This document shows positions 23,783 through 34,480 of a stretch of DNA of 64,000 nt, piece by piece. The DNA is from an uncultured Spirochaetota bacterium (GTDB lineage Bacteria > Spirochaetota > Spirochaetia > SZUA-6 > Fen-1364): assembly GCA_963820525.1 (NCBI GenBank), contig CAWGAA010000001.1:1024001-1088000 (forward strand). Direction: 5' to 3'. Each line of letters begins with the position of its first letter. Position 1 is the first letter of the stretch. The translations under genes were made by a program, and so were the position numbers. The notes beneath the pieces were generated by a model. The model was given only the letters and a program-made list of their open reading frames with translations. It ran no database searches and was not told the origin of the DNA.

Positions 23783-23933
23783 CGCGGGCAGCCGCCGGCC
23801 TGGCACGTGCTCCGCGCGGACCTCACGGGACGGACCTCGGCGAGCACGGTAACGGTTGCAGTCCTTGGGAGGGGAACCCTCGGGCGCATGGATGTGCCCG
23901 GGAGGCAAGGAATACTTTCCTGGAGGTAGAGCC

Positions 23934-24275
23934 ATGGGTCTTGAAATACCCTCAATCCTCAACTCGAACGGTCTGGCGGACATGGTGATGAAGGAACAGC
24001 ACCCCGTTTCAGACCGCCCGCAGCCACGCCCGCAATCCGCCCCTTCGGCGGAGCCGGCGGATCTGGAATCCCAACTCCGAGCCCTTGAAAAGACCTTCAT
24101 CGCCTTCAATCACCACGTGAAGCTCGCGGTCAATGAAGAGATCGACCAGGTCATCATCAAGGTGGTCGACGGCAAAACCGATAAGGTAATCAGGGAGATC
24201 CCCGCCGAGGAGATCCAGCATCTGATCGCCAAGATCAAGCAGACCATGGGGCTGCTGGTGGACGAAAAGATCTAA
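23934..24275 (+). CDS. flaG: flagellar protein FlaG
   Basis: IIKVVDGKTDKVIREIPAEE...GLLVDEKI; SD GGAGGT. Confidence 0.9.
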   Translation: MGLEIPSILNSNGLADMVMKEQHPVSDRPQPRPQSAPSAEPADLESQLRALEKTFIAFNHHVKLAVNEEIDQVIIKVVDGKTDKVIREIPAEEIQHLIAKIKQTMGLLVDEKI

Positions 24276-24311
24276 AGCCCGGGTCTTTGAGGGAGGGGAA
24301 CGGCACGACTC

Positions 24312-26331
24312 ATGTCTGACCTGATCATTCCGGGCATCTCGACCAATACGAACACGCAGAAGATCATCGATGCCCTGATGAATGCCGAGAGGCCCCCTCG
24401 AGCGCATGCAGAAGGAGCAGGCCCTCGACCAGCAGAAAAAGACGGCGTGGCAGGACGTCACGCGAAGGCTTTCCGGGCTGCGCGACAGCGCGCGCGCCCT
24501 CTTCAGCTTCCAGAACCCCTTCACCGAGAAGGTGGCGCAGTCCTCCGACGCGAACATCCTCACCGCCACCGCGAAGCGGGATGCCGTGGAGGAATCAAAA
24601 CGCATCACCGTGAAACAGGTGGCCACGGCGGACCGTTTTCTCTCCCAGTCCCTGCCCAAGGATTTCACCGTTCCGGCGGGGGAATACGTGTTCACCATCG
24701 GGGGCAAGGAGGTGCGGTTCACCTTCAAGGGGGGTTCCCTCAAGGAGTTCGCCGATGCGCTCATCCGGCGCGGCGGGGACCTTCTCACCGCCTCGGTGGT
24801 ATCCGATACGAAGAGCACGCAGGTGCTCCTCGTGGAAGCAAAAAAGACCGGCGCAAACAACCGCCTTGTTTTCAACGGAAAATCGGCCGATCTCGCCCTC
24901 AAGGCCGGCATCATCGAGCGCAGCGCCAACGCGGTGCGACAGCTCGCCCTGACCCAGAAAGGGATCACCGCCTGGGCCAAGGCGCTTACCCCCGACATGT
25001 ACGCCCTTCAAAACGGGACCCTGACCTTGAATCCGGGCTCGGAGATGCGCATCGCGGTGGATCCCTCCGTCCCGCTCAACGCCAACATGGTGCTGGAGCT
25101 TTCAGTGAAGACCGAGGCGCTGAAGGAGCCCGCGCCGGAGCAGCAGGCGCAGTATCCCGGCCCCGCCATTCCCGAGACGGGATCCGTCGAGTTCGAGGGA
25201 ATAACGGTTCAAAGCAGCAAGATGCGGGCGCCAACGCCCGAGATCGCTCCCGCCAAGCCCCCGGAGAAGGTGAGCGACATGCAGGTTCTCTTTATGGAGG
25301 GGGGCGGAAAGCTCATCCCCCTGCCGCAGATCACGGACTCTGCGGACTTCCAGAAGATCCAGATCCCCCTGGGCGAGCTTTCCTCCGCGCTCGATTGGAT
25401 AGACCTGCGCAACAGGAACACCTACCGAAAAGTCTCCATCAAGGACATCAGCCTCTACGACAAGACCCAGCGGGGGGAATATACCCCCAAGAATCCCCTT
25501 TCCCAGGCCGCGGACGCCGTCATATCGATGGACGGCATCGAGGTGAAGAGGGATTCGAACCAGATCGACGACCTCGTTCCCGGCGTGACGCTGAATCTCC
25601 ATGCAGCGGGCGCTTCCCCCGTGGAGATGAAGGTCGGGCGCGACGTGGAGGGGATCAAGAACGCCATTGTGGGCTTTATCGGCTCCTACGACCGCGTCAT
25701 CACGGACATGGACGTCCTCACGCGCAGAGACGAATCGGTCATCACCAACGCGGCGTTCCTGAGCGACGACGAAAAAAAGAAAGCGGCGGACAACCTCGGC
25801 CTGCTTTTCGGGGACCTCTCCCTCCAGCAGCTCAAGGATACCATGCAGCGTGTCATGATGAACGCCTACCCCACCTCCCGGGGAAGAGACCTCGCCATGC
25901 TGGCACAGATCGGCATCGCGACGGACGTGCGCAAGCCCGGCACATCAACCGGCGTGGACCTGTCGAAGCTGCGGGGATACCTGGAGCTGGACGAGCCGAA
26001 GTTCGACGACGCCATCCGGCAGAACGCCGAGGCCGTGAAGGAGCTGTTCGGAAACGACACCAACGGAGACCTGGTTGTGAATGCGGGGGTGGCCTACTCA
26101 CTGGATGCGCTCCTGCGCCCCTACGTGCAGACCGCGGGAATCTTTCCGGCCAAGGTGGCAAACCTCGACGCCGAGATAGCCCGGACCAAGCGTCAGATTA
26201 CAGACTACCAGCAGCACCTCAACCAATACCAGGCCCAGCTCAAGCAGAAGTACGCCGCGATGGAGGGGGCGGTTCAGCAGCTGGAAAAGAACTCCCAGCA
26301 GATCGACAACTTCAACAAGAGAAGCCAGTAA
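24312..26331 (+). CDS. fliD: flagellar cap protein FliD, frameshifted near 24391-24397
   Basis: N-terminal MSDLIIPGI..IIDALMNAER is in one frame and the rest (VKQVATAD, NQIDDLVPGVTLNL, KYAAME) is in the next. Confidence 0.88.
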
Positions 26332-26342
26332 GGAGACGGGAC

Positions 26343-27203
26343 GTGCTGTTGAAAATCAACGGAGAGAGCGTCGAGTTCACGCTGGAGAAGGAATCCGTCC
26401 TTTCGGAAGTGGTCAAGGGAGTCCAGGACTGGCTGGGCGGCTCCGGGTTTCTCATCACCGGCATCCGCATGGGCGAGCAGGACCTGTTCTCCCTGCCGCG
26501 CCCCCAATGGGAAGGCACGCCCATCTCCTCCATCCCCGAGCTGGACTTTCGCGTGCGCCACGCCGGAGAGGTGCGGCTGGAGCACTGGGTCACGGCGCGC
26601 GCCTGGCTGGGGGCGCTGGCCAAGGAAGTGACCTCGCCGGGGGGTTCCCTGGAGGAGCTCGCCGTCAACCTGCCTTCCACCCTCGAAAGCCTGAAGAAGA
26701 ACCCCTTCATGCCTTCGGGCTCGGACGCGATAGACCGGCTGGCGTCCCTGTTCATCGGGCAGACTCCGGATCAGGTCCGCGCATGGCCGGCGGAGCGCGG
26801 GCGGGAAACGGCGCGGGTCATCGAGGAGATCCGCGGGCAGCTGGGAAAGCGCATCGACGAGGCCACCCACCCCCGGGAGAGCCTGAAGAGCTACATCGCG
26901 GAGCTGCGGCTCCTTCACGGGCGGATATCGGACGTCTCGGTACTGCTGCAGACGGGCAAGGACAGGCAGGCGATGGAGACGGTGGTCGGATTCTCCGAGC
27001 TCGTGCAGAAGCTCCTCGACATCGTCCCCTACCTTCCCAAGGACGCGGAGCGGGAGAAGCTCTTCGCCGAGCTCAACCCCGTGCTTCGCGAGATCATCTC
27101 CGCCTTCGACGCCAGGGACTTCGTGCTGATCGGGGACCTCTTCGAGTACGAGGTGGCCCCCCGGATCGGGAAGCTCCTGCCCCTCTTGGAGAAATGCGCA
27201 TGA
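26343..27203 (+). CDS. conserved hypothetical protein downstream of fliD
   Basis: GTG start with SD AGGAG; C-terminal DFVLIGDLFEYEVAP motif typical of genes in flagellar loci. Confidence 0.72.
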   Translation: MLLKINGESVEFTLEKESVLSEVVKGVQDWLGGSGFLITGIRMGEQDLFSLPRPQWEGTPISSIPELDFRVRHAGEVRLEHWVTARAWLGALAKEVTSPGGSLEELAVNLPSTLESLKKNPFMPSGSDAIDRLASLFIGQTPDQVRAWPAERGRETARVIEEIRGQLGKRIDEATHPRESLKSYIAELRLLHGRISDVSVLLQTGKDRQAMETVVGFSELVQKLLDIVPYLPKDAEREKLFAELNPVLREIISAFDARDFVLIGDLFEYEVAPRIGKLLPLLEKCA

Positions 27204-28378
27204 TCCTCATGCAGGCGGGCTACAGCCTCCTGGCAAGCGAGAGCCCGCACGCCCTTCTGTACTTCGCCATCGGGATCGGCTCCCTGGTGATCCTGCTTTT
27301 CATCGGGGCGCTGGTCAACCGGAGGCGCATGCCAACCAGCCCGGATGAGCAGGCGAAATACTCCCACTTCGTGTTCCGCCGGACCGCGCGGTCCATGGGG
27401 CTTCCCAATTCCCACGCCGAAACCCTGGGCAAGCTCGTTCAGGCCTGCAAGCTCCGGCAGCCGTTCCTCGTGTTCTCAAGCTCGGGGCTTCTCGACGACG
27501 TGCTTCGAAAGGGCCTGTACTCCATCGAGAACTCGCGAAGCATCCCGGAGGAGGAAAAGGAGCGCAGGAAGTCCGTTCTCTTCGAGATAAAGCAGATCAT
27601 CGAGGCCAACGCCCGCAAGGGCACGACGTTGAAGACCACGCACTTTCTCAAGCCCGGCCAGGCCCTCACCCTCACCCTGGAGGGCGGCGGGCATTTCCCC
27701 AGCAAGCTCATCTCGAACATGAAGGATTTCCTCAGCGTGGCGGCCCCTCCCGAGGGCGCCGCAAGCAGCGCGCGGTGGATGCGCGGCACAAAGCTCTCCG
27801 TGTACTTCTGGCGGGAGAACGACGCGGGCTACTCGTTTCTCTCGAAGGTCCTCGGGTACGACACCGTGAGAGGCCAGCCCTGCGTCCTGATCCAGCACGG
27901 CAAGGCGCTCGCCCGGGAGCAGCGCCGCACGAGCAAGAGAAGGCAGATCCTGCGCGCCTGCTTCTACTATCCCATCCGGATAGCGGAGGCGGAAGGCGGC
28001 CGGAAGAATGAAAAGAAGGCCGTGGTGGAGAGCCACCTCAGGTCCCTGGGCACCGTCGTGGACCTGTCCGCCGGCGGATGCGCGATCCAGTCGCTCTCCC
28101 CCTTCGAGCCGGGCAAGCTGATCATGGTGGAGTTCGACATCGACAAGAAGGCTCCCATACGGGCCTTCGGCAAGGTGAAGAGGGTGCGCCGCTTGAAGGG
28201 GCGCGGCGGGATCATGCACATCATGTTCACCAGGGTCACCCGTCAGTACCTCAACCGGATCCGCTCCTTCGTCTACGACTTCAGCAAGCCGCCCGCTGGA
28301 TCGGTCTCCATGGAAGGAGCCCCGCAGCGGACCGCCTCGTCCTCCGCCCCGACCCTGCGGCCGCGTCCGCCGCGTTGA
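27200..28378 (+). CDS. membrane-anchored YcgR-like/PilZ protein
   Basis: N-terminal TM helix, QRRTSKRR and DLSAGG PilZ motifs; ATGA overlap. Confidence 0.8.
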   Translation: MILMQAGYSLLASESPHALLYFAIGIGSLVILLFIGALVNRRRMPTSPDEQAKYSHFVFRRTARSMGLPNSHAETLGKLVQACKLRQPFLVFSSSGLLDDVLRKGLYSIENSRSIPEEEKERRKSVLFEIKQIIEANARKGTTLKTTHFLKPGQALTLTLEGGGHFPSKLISNMKDFLSVAAPPEGAASSARWMRGTKLSVYFWRENDAGYSFLSKVLGYDTVRGQPCVLIQHGKALAREQRRTSKRRQILRACFYYPIRIAEAEGGRKNEKKAVVESHLRSLGTVVDLSAGGCAIQSLSPFEPGKLIMVEFDIDKKAPIRAFGKVKRVRRLKGRGGIMHIMFTRVTRQYLNRIRSFVYDFSKPPAGSVSMEGAPQRTASSSAPTLRPRPPR

Positions 28379-28425
28379 CCTCCCAGTCCGATTTCACTAC
28401 CCTTTCCCGCGTGGAAGCCCGCGGC

Positions 28426-28848
28426 GTGACACGGATTTTCAGCTCGAGCCCCGAAGAAACCATCGAGATAGGAAGGCGCATCGCGGGCCGACTCTCCGCG
28501 GGGTCCGTGGTGCTTCTCATCGGCCCGCTGGGGTCGGGCAAGACCACGCTCGCCAAGGGCATCGCGCTCGGCCTCGGCGTTCGGGAGCCGATCGTCAGCC
28601 CCACCTACACCATCGTCTCGGAGTACGCAGGGGATAAACCCCTTTACCATATCGATCTCTACCGCATCGAGGGCGCCGAGCAGACCGAGAACCTCGGCCT
28701 TGACGACATCCTCTGGGCCGGAGGAGTCTCCCTGGTGGAGTGGGGAGAGAAGCTCGCCATCGATTTCCCCCGGCCGCCCGTGCGGATCGCCCTCGCGATG
28801 AGCGGCGAGGGGGCGCGGACCATAACGGTGGAGGGGCTCGCCCTGTGA
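28426..28848 (+). CDS. tsaE: t6A biosynthesis ATPase TsaE
   Basis: GPLGSGKTT, SPTYTI, HIDLYR, VEW. The start may instead be the GTG at 28411. Confidence 0.92.
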   Translation: MTRIFSSSPEETIEIGRRIAGRLSAGSVVLLIGPLGSGKTTLAKGIALGLGVREPIVSPTYTIVSEYAGDKPLYHIDLYRIEGAEQTENLGLDDILWAGGVSLVEWGEKLAIDFPRPPVRIALAMSGEGARTITVEGLAL

Positions 28849-29521
28849 ACTCGCTCGCCATCGACACTTCAACCGAAGTACTGGGGCTGTGCGTGAGAAA
28901 GGGGGATGCGTTCGCCTCCCTGAGCCTGCGCCATGGGCTTCAGCACGCCCCCTCGCTCCTGCCGCTGATTGACAGGCTCCTGCGCGAGGTATCCTTCGCA
29001 GTCGCCGAGATCAACCTCATTATCTGCTCCACCGGTCCCGGCTCCTTTACGGGGATACGCATAGGCCTTGCAACGGCCAAGGGCATTTCCCTTGCCACGT
29101 CCTGCCCCGTGGCGGGCGTGTCCACCCTTGATGCATTCGCCTATCCCTACGGTTCGTTCGCCGGCGATGTGTATCCCGTCATCGACGCGCGCAAGGGCAA
29201 CTACTACACGGCCCTCTTCCAGGACGGAAGCCGGGCGAGCGAGTACCTCGACATCCCTCCCGGGGAGCTCCGCCGGCGGCTTTTGGCCGGCGGCCGCGGG
29301 CTCCTGGTGGGCCCGACGCCGGGGCAATCCGCGACAGGCTCTTCGAGGAGGGGGACCGGAAGGCCCGCGAAAAGGTGTCCTGCTCGGGGTTCATCGATCC
29401 GCGGGCGCTCCTTCAAATCGGAGAAGAGCGCTTTGCCAGGGAGGGGGCGGTCTCCGAGAGCCTCATCCCCCTCTACCTTCGCAAGAGCGAGGCGGAGATC
29501 TCCGCCGGGCGGAAACACTAG
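28845..29521 (+). CDS. tsaB: TsaB, frameshifted near 29312-29314
   Basis: LAIDTST, GPGSFTGIRIG, IDARKG; the C-terminal PLYLRKSEAE lies in another frame ending TAG at 29521. Confidence 0.88.
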
Positions 29522-29523
29522 GC

Positions 29524-30594
29524 ATGGACGAACAGGAAAGGGCCAACGGCGAGCCCGTCGAGATCGTGGAGGAAGAGACCCGGAGCGCCGCCGAGGAACC
29601 GGATCTCCTTTCCTCCGTGGAGTGCGGGCAGTGGCGGACGTCGGCCTTCAACGACCAGGTGCCCAGCCTCTTTCTGGACAAGAGACTGAAGATTCTCCTG
29701 GCAAACGACAGCTTCTGCAGGCTCTTCGGTTGCCGGTCCCAGCCCTCCGGGATTTATTTCACCCAGTTCTTCGCTCCGTTCTTCAACGAGAAGAAGAGCT
29801 CCGAGCTGTTCCGCGCCATCATCTCCAAGGAATCGGGGTACACCTGGAGCGGGCGCGTGGAGAGGATCGGCATGGATCAGCTCATGACAATCTCCAAGGT
29901 TTGGGTTGTCCCCATCCTCTCGCCGGCCTCCCCTACCCCGCGGGCATACGGCGTGTTCTGCCTCGACATGACGGTGGAGTACCGCCAGCTCTTGCAGGAT
30001 ACGTTCTCCAGCCTCCTGGGGGCGGCGCGCCTCAAGGACAACGACACGGGAAACCACATCGAGAGGGTGAACCGGTACGCCCGGACGCTCGCCGAGCACC
30101 TGCTCGGCCGCCCGCAGTGGCCCGAGGTTGACCGGCAGTTCGTGGAGAGCATCGGGCAGGTCTCCGCCCTGCATGACATCGGAAAGATCGGAACACCCGA
30201 CGATATCTTGAACAAGGCGGGGCCCCTGGAGGCGTGGGAGCGGACCGTGATGAAGCAGCATACCACCAACGGCTATATCATCCTCAGCACGTATCCCAAC
30301 CCGATAGCGCGTGACATCGCCCTGCGCCACCACGAGTGGTGGGACGGCACAGGGTATCCTTACGAGCTCGTCGGGGATCTCATCCCGCTTTCTGCCCGCC
30401 TCGTCGCCTTCGCCGACGTGTACGACGCGCTTCGGATGCCCCGATCGTACAAGGAAGCCTTCACGCACGAGAGGGCGGTGAAGACCATAGACGATGAGAA
30501 CGGATCGCACTTCGATCCTTCCCTCCTGGAGCCCTTCCACGCCGTGGCGGACGAGTTCGATCGGATCTTCAGCGAGCTGGGGGATTCTGCTTAG
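29524..30594 (+). CDS. PAS-like plus HD-GYP c-di-GMP phosphodiesterase
   Basis: [35 protein letters not shown]-terminal ANDSF PAS-like segment. Confidence 0.88.
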   Translation: MDEQERANGEPVEIVEEETRSAAEEPDLLSSVECGQWRTSAFNDQVPSLFLDKRLKILLANDSFCRLFGCRSQPSGIYFTQFFAPFFNEKKSSELFRAIISKESGYTWSGRVERIGMDQLMTISKVWVVPILSPASPTPRAYGVFCLDMTVEYRQLLQDTFSSLLGAARLKDNDTGNHIERVNRYARTLAEHLLGRPQWPEVDRQFVESIGQVSALHDIGKIGTPDDILNKAGPLEAWERTVMKQHTTNGYIILSTYPNPIARDIALRHHEWWDGTGYPYELVGDLIPLSARLVAFADVYDALRMPRSYKEAFTHERAVKTIDDENGSHFDPSLLEPFHAVADEFDRIFSELGDSA

Positions 30595-30865
30595 GAGGCG
30601 TTCCGCCGGAACCCTCCGGCTGCCCCTTCGGGGCGGATGCGGGAGACGAAAGCTCCTCCAGGTTGGGGAGGAGGTCCGGTTTGGCCCTGGCCGCTTCCAG
30701 GTTTTCCTGCTGGATCATCTGATACACCTCGCGGCGGTACACCTTGACCTGCCGCGGCGCGCTGATGCCGAGCTTGACCTGGTCTCCCTTGATGTCGACG
30801 ATGGATATCTCCACCTGGTCGCCGATCATGATGCTTTCGTTGATCTTTCGCGCCAGGATCAGCAT
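30569..30865 (-). CDS. csrA: carbon storage regulator CsrA
   Basis: [16 protein letters not shown]...[14 protein letters not shown]. Confidence 0.93.
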   Translation of the reverse strand: MLILARKINESIMIGDQVEISIVDIKGDQVKLGISAPRQVKVYRREVYQMIQQENLEAARAKPDLLPNLEELSSPASAPKGQPEGSGGTPPKQNPPAR

Positions 30866-31311
30866 GTTCCCTGCCTTACGACCTTCATCTCTTCCAGGAT
30901 CAGGTGGCGGATACCCCACTTGGGGTTGTTGCTGATGCACTGGCGGCCGACGCGCGTCTTCCTGTTGATGACGAGGGGCCCCTGGAGGTTTGCCGTCATG
31001 CGCTTGGAATCCTCCGCGGGGATCGTGACGATGGCGAAGACCAGAAGGTCCTCCCGGGAGGCGATGCCGATCTCGGCGAGCTCCTCCGGGTTCACGTCGG
31101 GGGAGTAGTCGGGCCGGAAGATGATGGGCTCGATCAGGACAAAGGCGATCTCCACCCGGTCGAGTGACTGAAGCCAGTAGAAGGGCGGCTGGGCCGCGTC
31201 GAACAGGACGTAGTCTTTCAGGCCCTCGAAGCCGAGGATGCCGTCGGGAAAACTGATCTTCTGGCGGTCATCCACCTCGATCTCGCCATGGGCTTTTGTC
31301 AGGACTCTCAT
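30859..31311 (-). CDS. fliW: flagellar assembly factor FliW
   Basis: [26 protein letters not shown]. Confidence 0.93.
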   Translation of the reverse strand: MRVLTKAHGEIEVDDRQKISFPDGILGFEGLKDYVLFDAAQPPFYWLQSLDRVEIAFVLIEPIIFRPDYSPDVNPEELAEIGIASREDLLVFAIVTIPAEDSKRMTANLQGPLVINRKTRVGRQCISNNPKWGIRHLILEEMKVVRQGTC

Positions 31312-31314
31312 CGC

Positions 31315-32562
31315 TTACCTCAGGAAATCCAGCAGTGTGGGAGAGAGCACGCGGGCCGCGGTGGCCAGCGCCGCCTCGTGGCCGTACTCGAGCATCTTGA
31401 GCTCTGTCACGGCCTGGGTGAGGTCCAGATCCCTCTCCCGGGAATCGAAGCTCACCAGTTGGGGCTTTTCCGTGTCCAGCCGTTTTCCCGCCGTCTCGAC
31501 CCGGTTGTCCTTGGAGCCGACCTCCGCGAGGGTCCCCGCCAGGCTGCCGATGGCCGAGTCGATGCCCTTCAGGCCGGCGGTCCCCACCTTGTCCGTGGAG
31601 CCCTCGAAGAGGGCGTCGCGAAGCTGCGTCACCATGTCGAATACGGAGCCGCCGAACACCCGGGCGCTGGGCGCGTAGTTCAGCGGCGAGCGCGGCGAGC
31701 CCCGGGCGAGGATGCCCAGATCCTGCAGCACGGTGCCCTCGTCCAGGTCCTCGGCCTGGATCTGATGGGGCCGGGTGGTTTCGATCACCAACCCGTTGGC
31801 CACGGGGTCCAGTCGCGCCCGCACCGGCGCGTTGGAGTCGTTGATCTTGGCAATGACGGCGCTCACCGTGTCTCCAGGTGAAAGGAGGATCTCGGTTCCA
31901 TCGATCCGGATCCTCGAAGCGGCCTGCACCTGGTAGCGCGAGGCGTCCACCGTGGAGTAGATCTGCTGCTGCTCGGCCCAGAAGGCGAAGTTGCCGGGCA
32001 GGTTGGCCGCCACCTCCTCGCCCTGGGAGACCTCGACCGTGTTGGATCCGCCGTCTCCGAGGTAATCCACGGAGACCACAACGTCCGCGCTCCCGCCGGG
32101 AACGCGGCCGGCCGCGGTGCGGAACGGCATCGTGGTGGACTCAAGCCCGGAGAAAAGGAAGTTGCCGCTCTGATCCCGGGCATTGCCGATGGTGAGAAGC
32201 TCTCCCAGAAGCTGATCCACCTCCTGACCGATGTAGCGCATCTGGGTGGCGTCGAGGGTCCCATTGGCCCCTTCAACGGCCAGCTCCCGGACCCTCTGCA
32301 GCACGTCCATCGCGTTTCGAAGGTGCCCCTCGGCGAAGGCGTAGCCGTCGCGAACGTCCCCGACGTTCACGAGGTACCTTTCGGCCCTCTGGATCTCGGA
32401 CTGAAAGCGCACCGAATGGCCGGCGGCCAGGGGATCGTCCCGCAGGTCCTTGATCCGGGTCTGTGCGGCCATCTTGTTCGTCATCTCATTGAGAGACCAC
32501 TCGCGAAGCCGCAGCCAGTACTGGCTGTCATTGTTGGGAAGCTGTGTGCTGATCCTCTTCAT
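31315..32562 (-). CDS. flgL: hook-associated protein FlgL
   Basis: LRDDPLAA, GNFLFSG, C-terminal TLLDFLR. Confidence 0.93.
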   Translation of the reverse strand: MKRISTQLPNNDSQYWLRLREWSLNEMTNKMAAQTRIKDLRDDPLAAGHSVRFQSEIQRAERYLVNVGDVRDGYAFAEGHLRNAMDVLQRVRELAVEGANGTLDATQMRYIGQEVDQLLGELLTIGNARDQSGNFLFSGLESTTMPFRTAAGRVPGGSADVVVSVDYLGDGGSNTVEVSQGEEVAANLPGNFAFWAEQQQIYSTVDASRYQVQAASRIRIDGTEILLSPGDTVSAVIAKINDSNAPVRARLDPVANGLVIETTRPHQIQAEDLDEGTVLQDLGILARGSPRSPLNYAPSARVFGGSVFDMVTQLRDALFEGSTDKVGTAGLKGIDSAIGSLAGTLAEVGSKDNRVETAGKRLDTEKPQLVSFDSRERDLDLTQAVTELKMLEYGHEAALATAARVLSPTLLDFLR

Positions 32563-32587
32563 ACCTCAATCCTTCGGGCACGGGCCC

Positions 32588-34468
32588 TTATACCGCCATC
32601 CTGTTGATGAGGATGTCGAGCATGTCGTCGAACGTGGTGATGAACCGGGCAACGGCGGCATAGCCGTGCTGATAGGTGATCATCTTGGAGATCTCTTCGT
32701 CCATGTTCACACCCGAGATGGACTCCCGGGTGTCGGTGAGGTTCTTCATCACGAGCTTCACCGTGTCCATGGTCTTCTCGGCCTCTTCACCGCGAAGCCC
32801 GATGTCGGTGACGCGGTCCGCGAACCAGCCGTCGAAGGTGGAGCTTGCGCCGATGGTTACCGGCTTGGTGCGAAGCTGGGCGATGGCGAGCGCCGTCGAC
32901 CCGTCTCCGGGCCCCTGGGTCTTCCCGCCCACTCCCGAGGCCGCGGCGATGAGCCCCGGGTCCTGGGCGAGCCTCCGGTTCACCTCGATCCACCCCGCCG
33001 GGTGCGCGAGAGGCGCCACCGCATACGCGGCGCCCTGTGCGGCGGCCAGAGAGTTCACGGCGTCCGCCTGCGCCCAGGTGTAGGCCCCCGCGGGTCCCGG
33101 CGCCCTGAGGATGCCCGCGTACCCCACCAGGAACTGGCCGGAGTCCTCGAGGCCGCGGATGACAAAGTCGGGGTTCCTCGGATCGGCCGACGGCGCTCCC
33201 TTCAGGGTGAGCTTGCCCTCGAAATTGAGCCTCGCCACCACCTCCGAGCCGGAAAGGTTGATCCGGTTGACGAGGTCCGAAACCGTGTCGGTGGGGAAGT
33301 ATTGTATCGCGACGGATCCCTCCCGCGCGGGAAGGGTGAGCGTGCCGGAAAGGCCTATCTGCGTCTCGGGCTGGAGCGTGTTGGCTCCCGTGACCCGGAA
33401 GACGTAGGTGGTATCGAAGGTGCCGGTGCCTTTGGAATCGTAGTTGCCCTGGGCGTTCAGCACAAAGGGATACTCCGTGAAAAACTCGTTTCCGGTCTCC
33501 CCGTTCAGGGCATAGCCGGAGCGGTGGACCTCGTTCACCAGGTCTATGAAGTTCACCGTCATGAGGTCGAGCTTCTGGATCTCGCCGCGGGCATCGCCGT
33601 CCCTGAGCTGGAGAAGCGAAGCGAGCTTCCCTCCGCGGAAGACGGCGTCTTCCCTGGTGTCGGGCCAGATCACGCGGGAGTACCCCTCGTTGGCCCTGTC
33701 CGGCGTAACGTCGAGCTCCTCGTGGTGCTTTCCCTGCACCAGGTGGACGCCGCCGGAGGAGATGACGTACTCGTCGGGATCGCGGTCGCTCACGGTAATG
33801 TCCACGAGGGAGGAAAGGTTTCCCACCAGGAGGTCCCTCCTGTCCAGGAGGTCGTTGGGGTTGTCACCCATGGCCTGGACCTTGGAGATCTCATTGTCGA
33901 GGTCCGCGATCTGCCGGGCGAGCTCGTTCACCTGTTTCACGGTGCCCTGGACGTCGCCCTCGATCATGTCGCGGACTTCCTTCAGGCGTCTGAAGTTGGC
34001 GTGGATCCCGTCGATGAGCGCCTTGCCGCGCTCCAGCACCGCCCTGCGCGCCCCCGTTTCCGTGGGGTGCACGGAGAGCTCCTGCCACGACTCCCAGAAC
34101 TTGTCCATGAGGGTCCGCACCGACGTGTCGGCGGGCTCATTGTAGATCTGCTCCAGCATGAGGATGTACTTGTCCCGGGTGTCCCAATAGCCCTGGACAT
34201 TGCCCTCGCCCACGATCCTGCCTTCCAGCAGCGTATCGCGAATCCGTTCGATGCGGGCCACCTCCACTCCCTGGCCGATCTGTCCGGGGGTGTTCTCCCT
34301 GTTGAGCTCGGGGGCGTACAGGGGCGGGCTCGCGTTCAGCTCGACGCGCTGCCTGCTGTAGCCCTCAACGGCGGCATTGCTCATGTTGTGGCCCACGGTC
34401 TGGAGGGCCACCGTATGGGCGATGATTCCTCTCTTGCCCAGCTCTATGGGGGCGAAAGTCGACTGCAC
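32588..34468 (-). CDS. flgK: hook-associated protein FlgK
   Basis: GHNMSNA..EGYSRQRV, PNDLLDRRD, ISGVNMDEE. Confidence 0.95.
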   Translation of the reverse strand: MQSTFAPIELGKRGIIAHTVALQTVGHNMSNAAVEGYSRQRVELNASPPLYAPELNRENTPGQIGQGVEVARIERIRDTLLEGRIVGEGNVQGYWDTRDKYILMLEQIYNEPADTSVRTLMDKFWESWQELSVHPTETGARRAVLERGKALIDGIHANFRRLKEVRDMIEGDVQGTVKQVNELARQIADLDNEISKVQAMGDNPNDLLDRRDLLVGNLSSLVDITVSDRDPDEYVISSGGVHLVQGKHHEELDVTPDRANEGYSRVIWPDTREDAVFRGGKLASLLQLRDGDARGEIQKLDLMTVNFIDLVNEVHRSGYALNGETGNEFFTEYPFVLNAQGNYDSKGTGTFDTTYVFRVTGANTLQPETQIGLSGTLTLPAREGSVAIQYFPTDTVSDLVNRINLSGSEVVARLNFEGKLTLKGAPSADPRNPDFVIRGLEDSGQFLVGYAGILRAPGPAGAYTWAQADAVNSLAAAQGAAYAVAPLAHPAGWIEVNRRLAQDPGLIAAASGVGGKTQGPGDGSTALAIAQLRTKPVTIGASSTFDGWFADRVTDIGLRGEEAEKTMDTVKLVMKNLTDTRESISGVNMDEEISKMITYQHGYAAVARFITTFDDMLDILINRMAV

Positions 34469-34480
34469 CGAAAACCTCCT

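Noticed and set aside
24312..27203. 963-aa ORF apparently fusing the FliD N-terminus to the downstream gene
   Set aside because: An artefact of the fliD frameshift; the middle is off-frame low-complexity translation.
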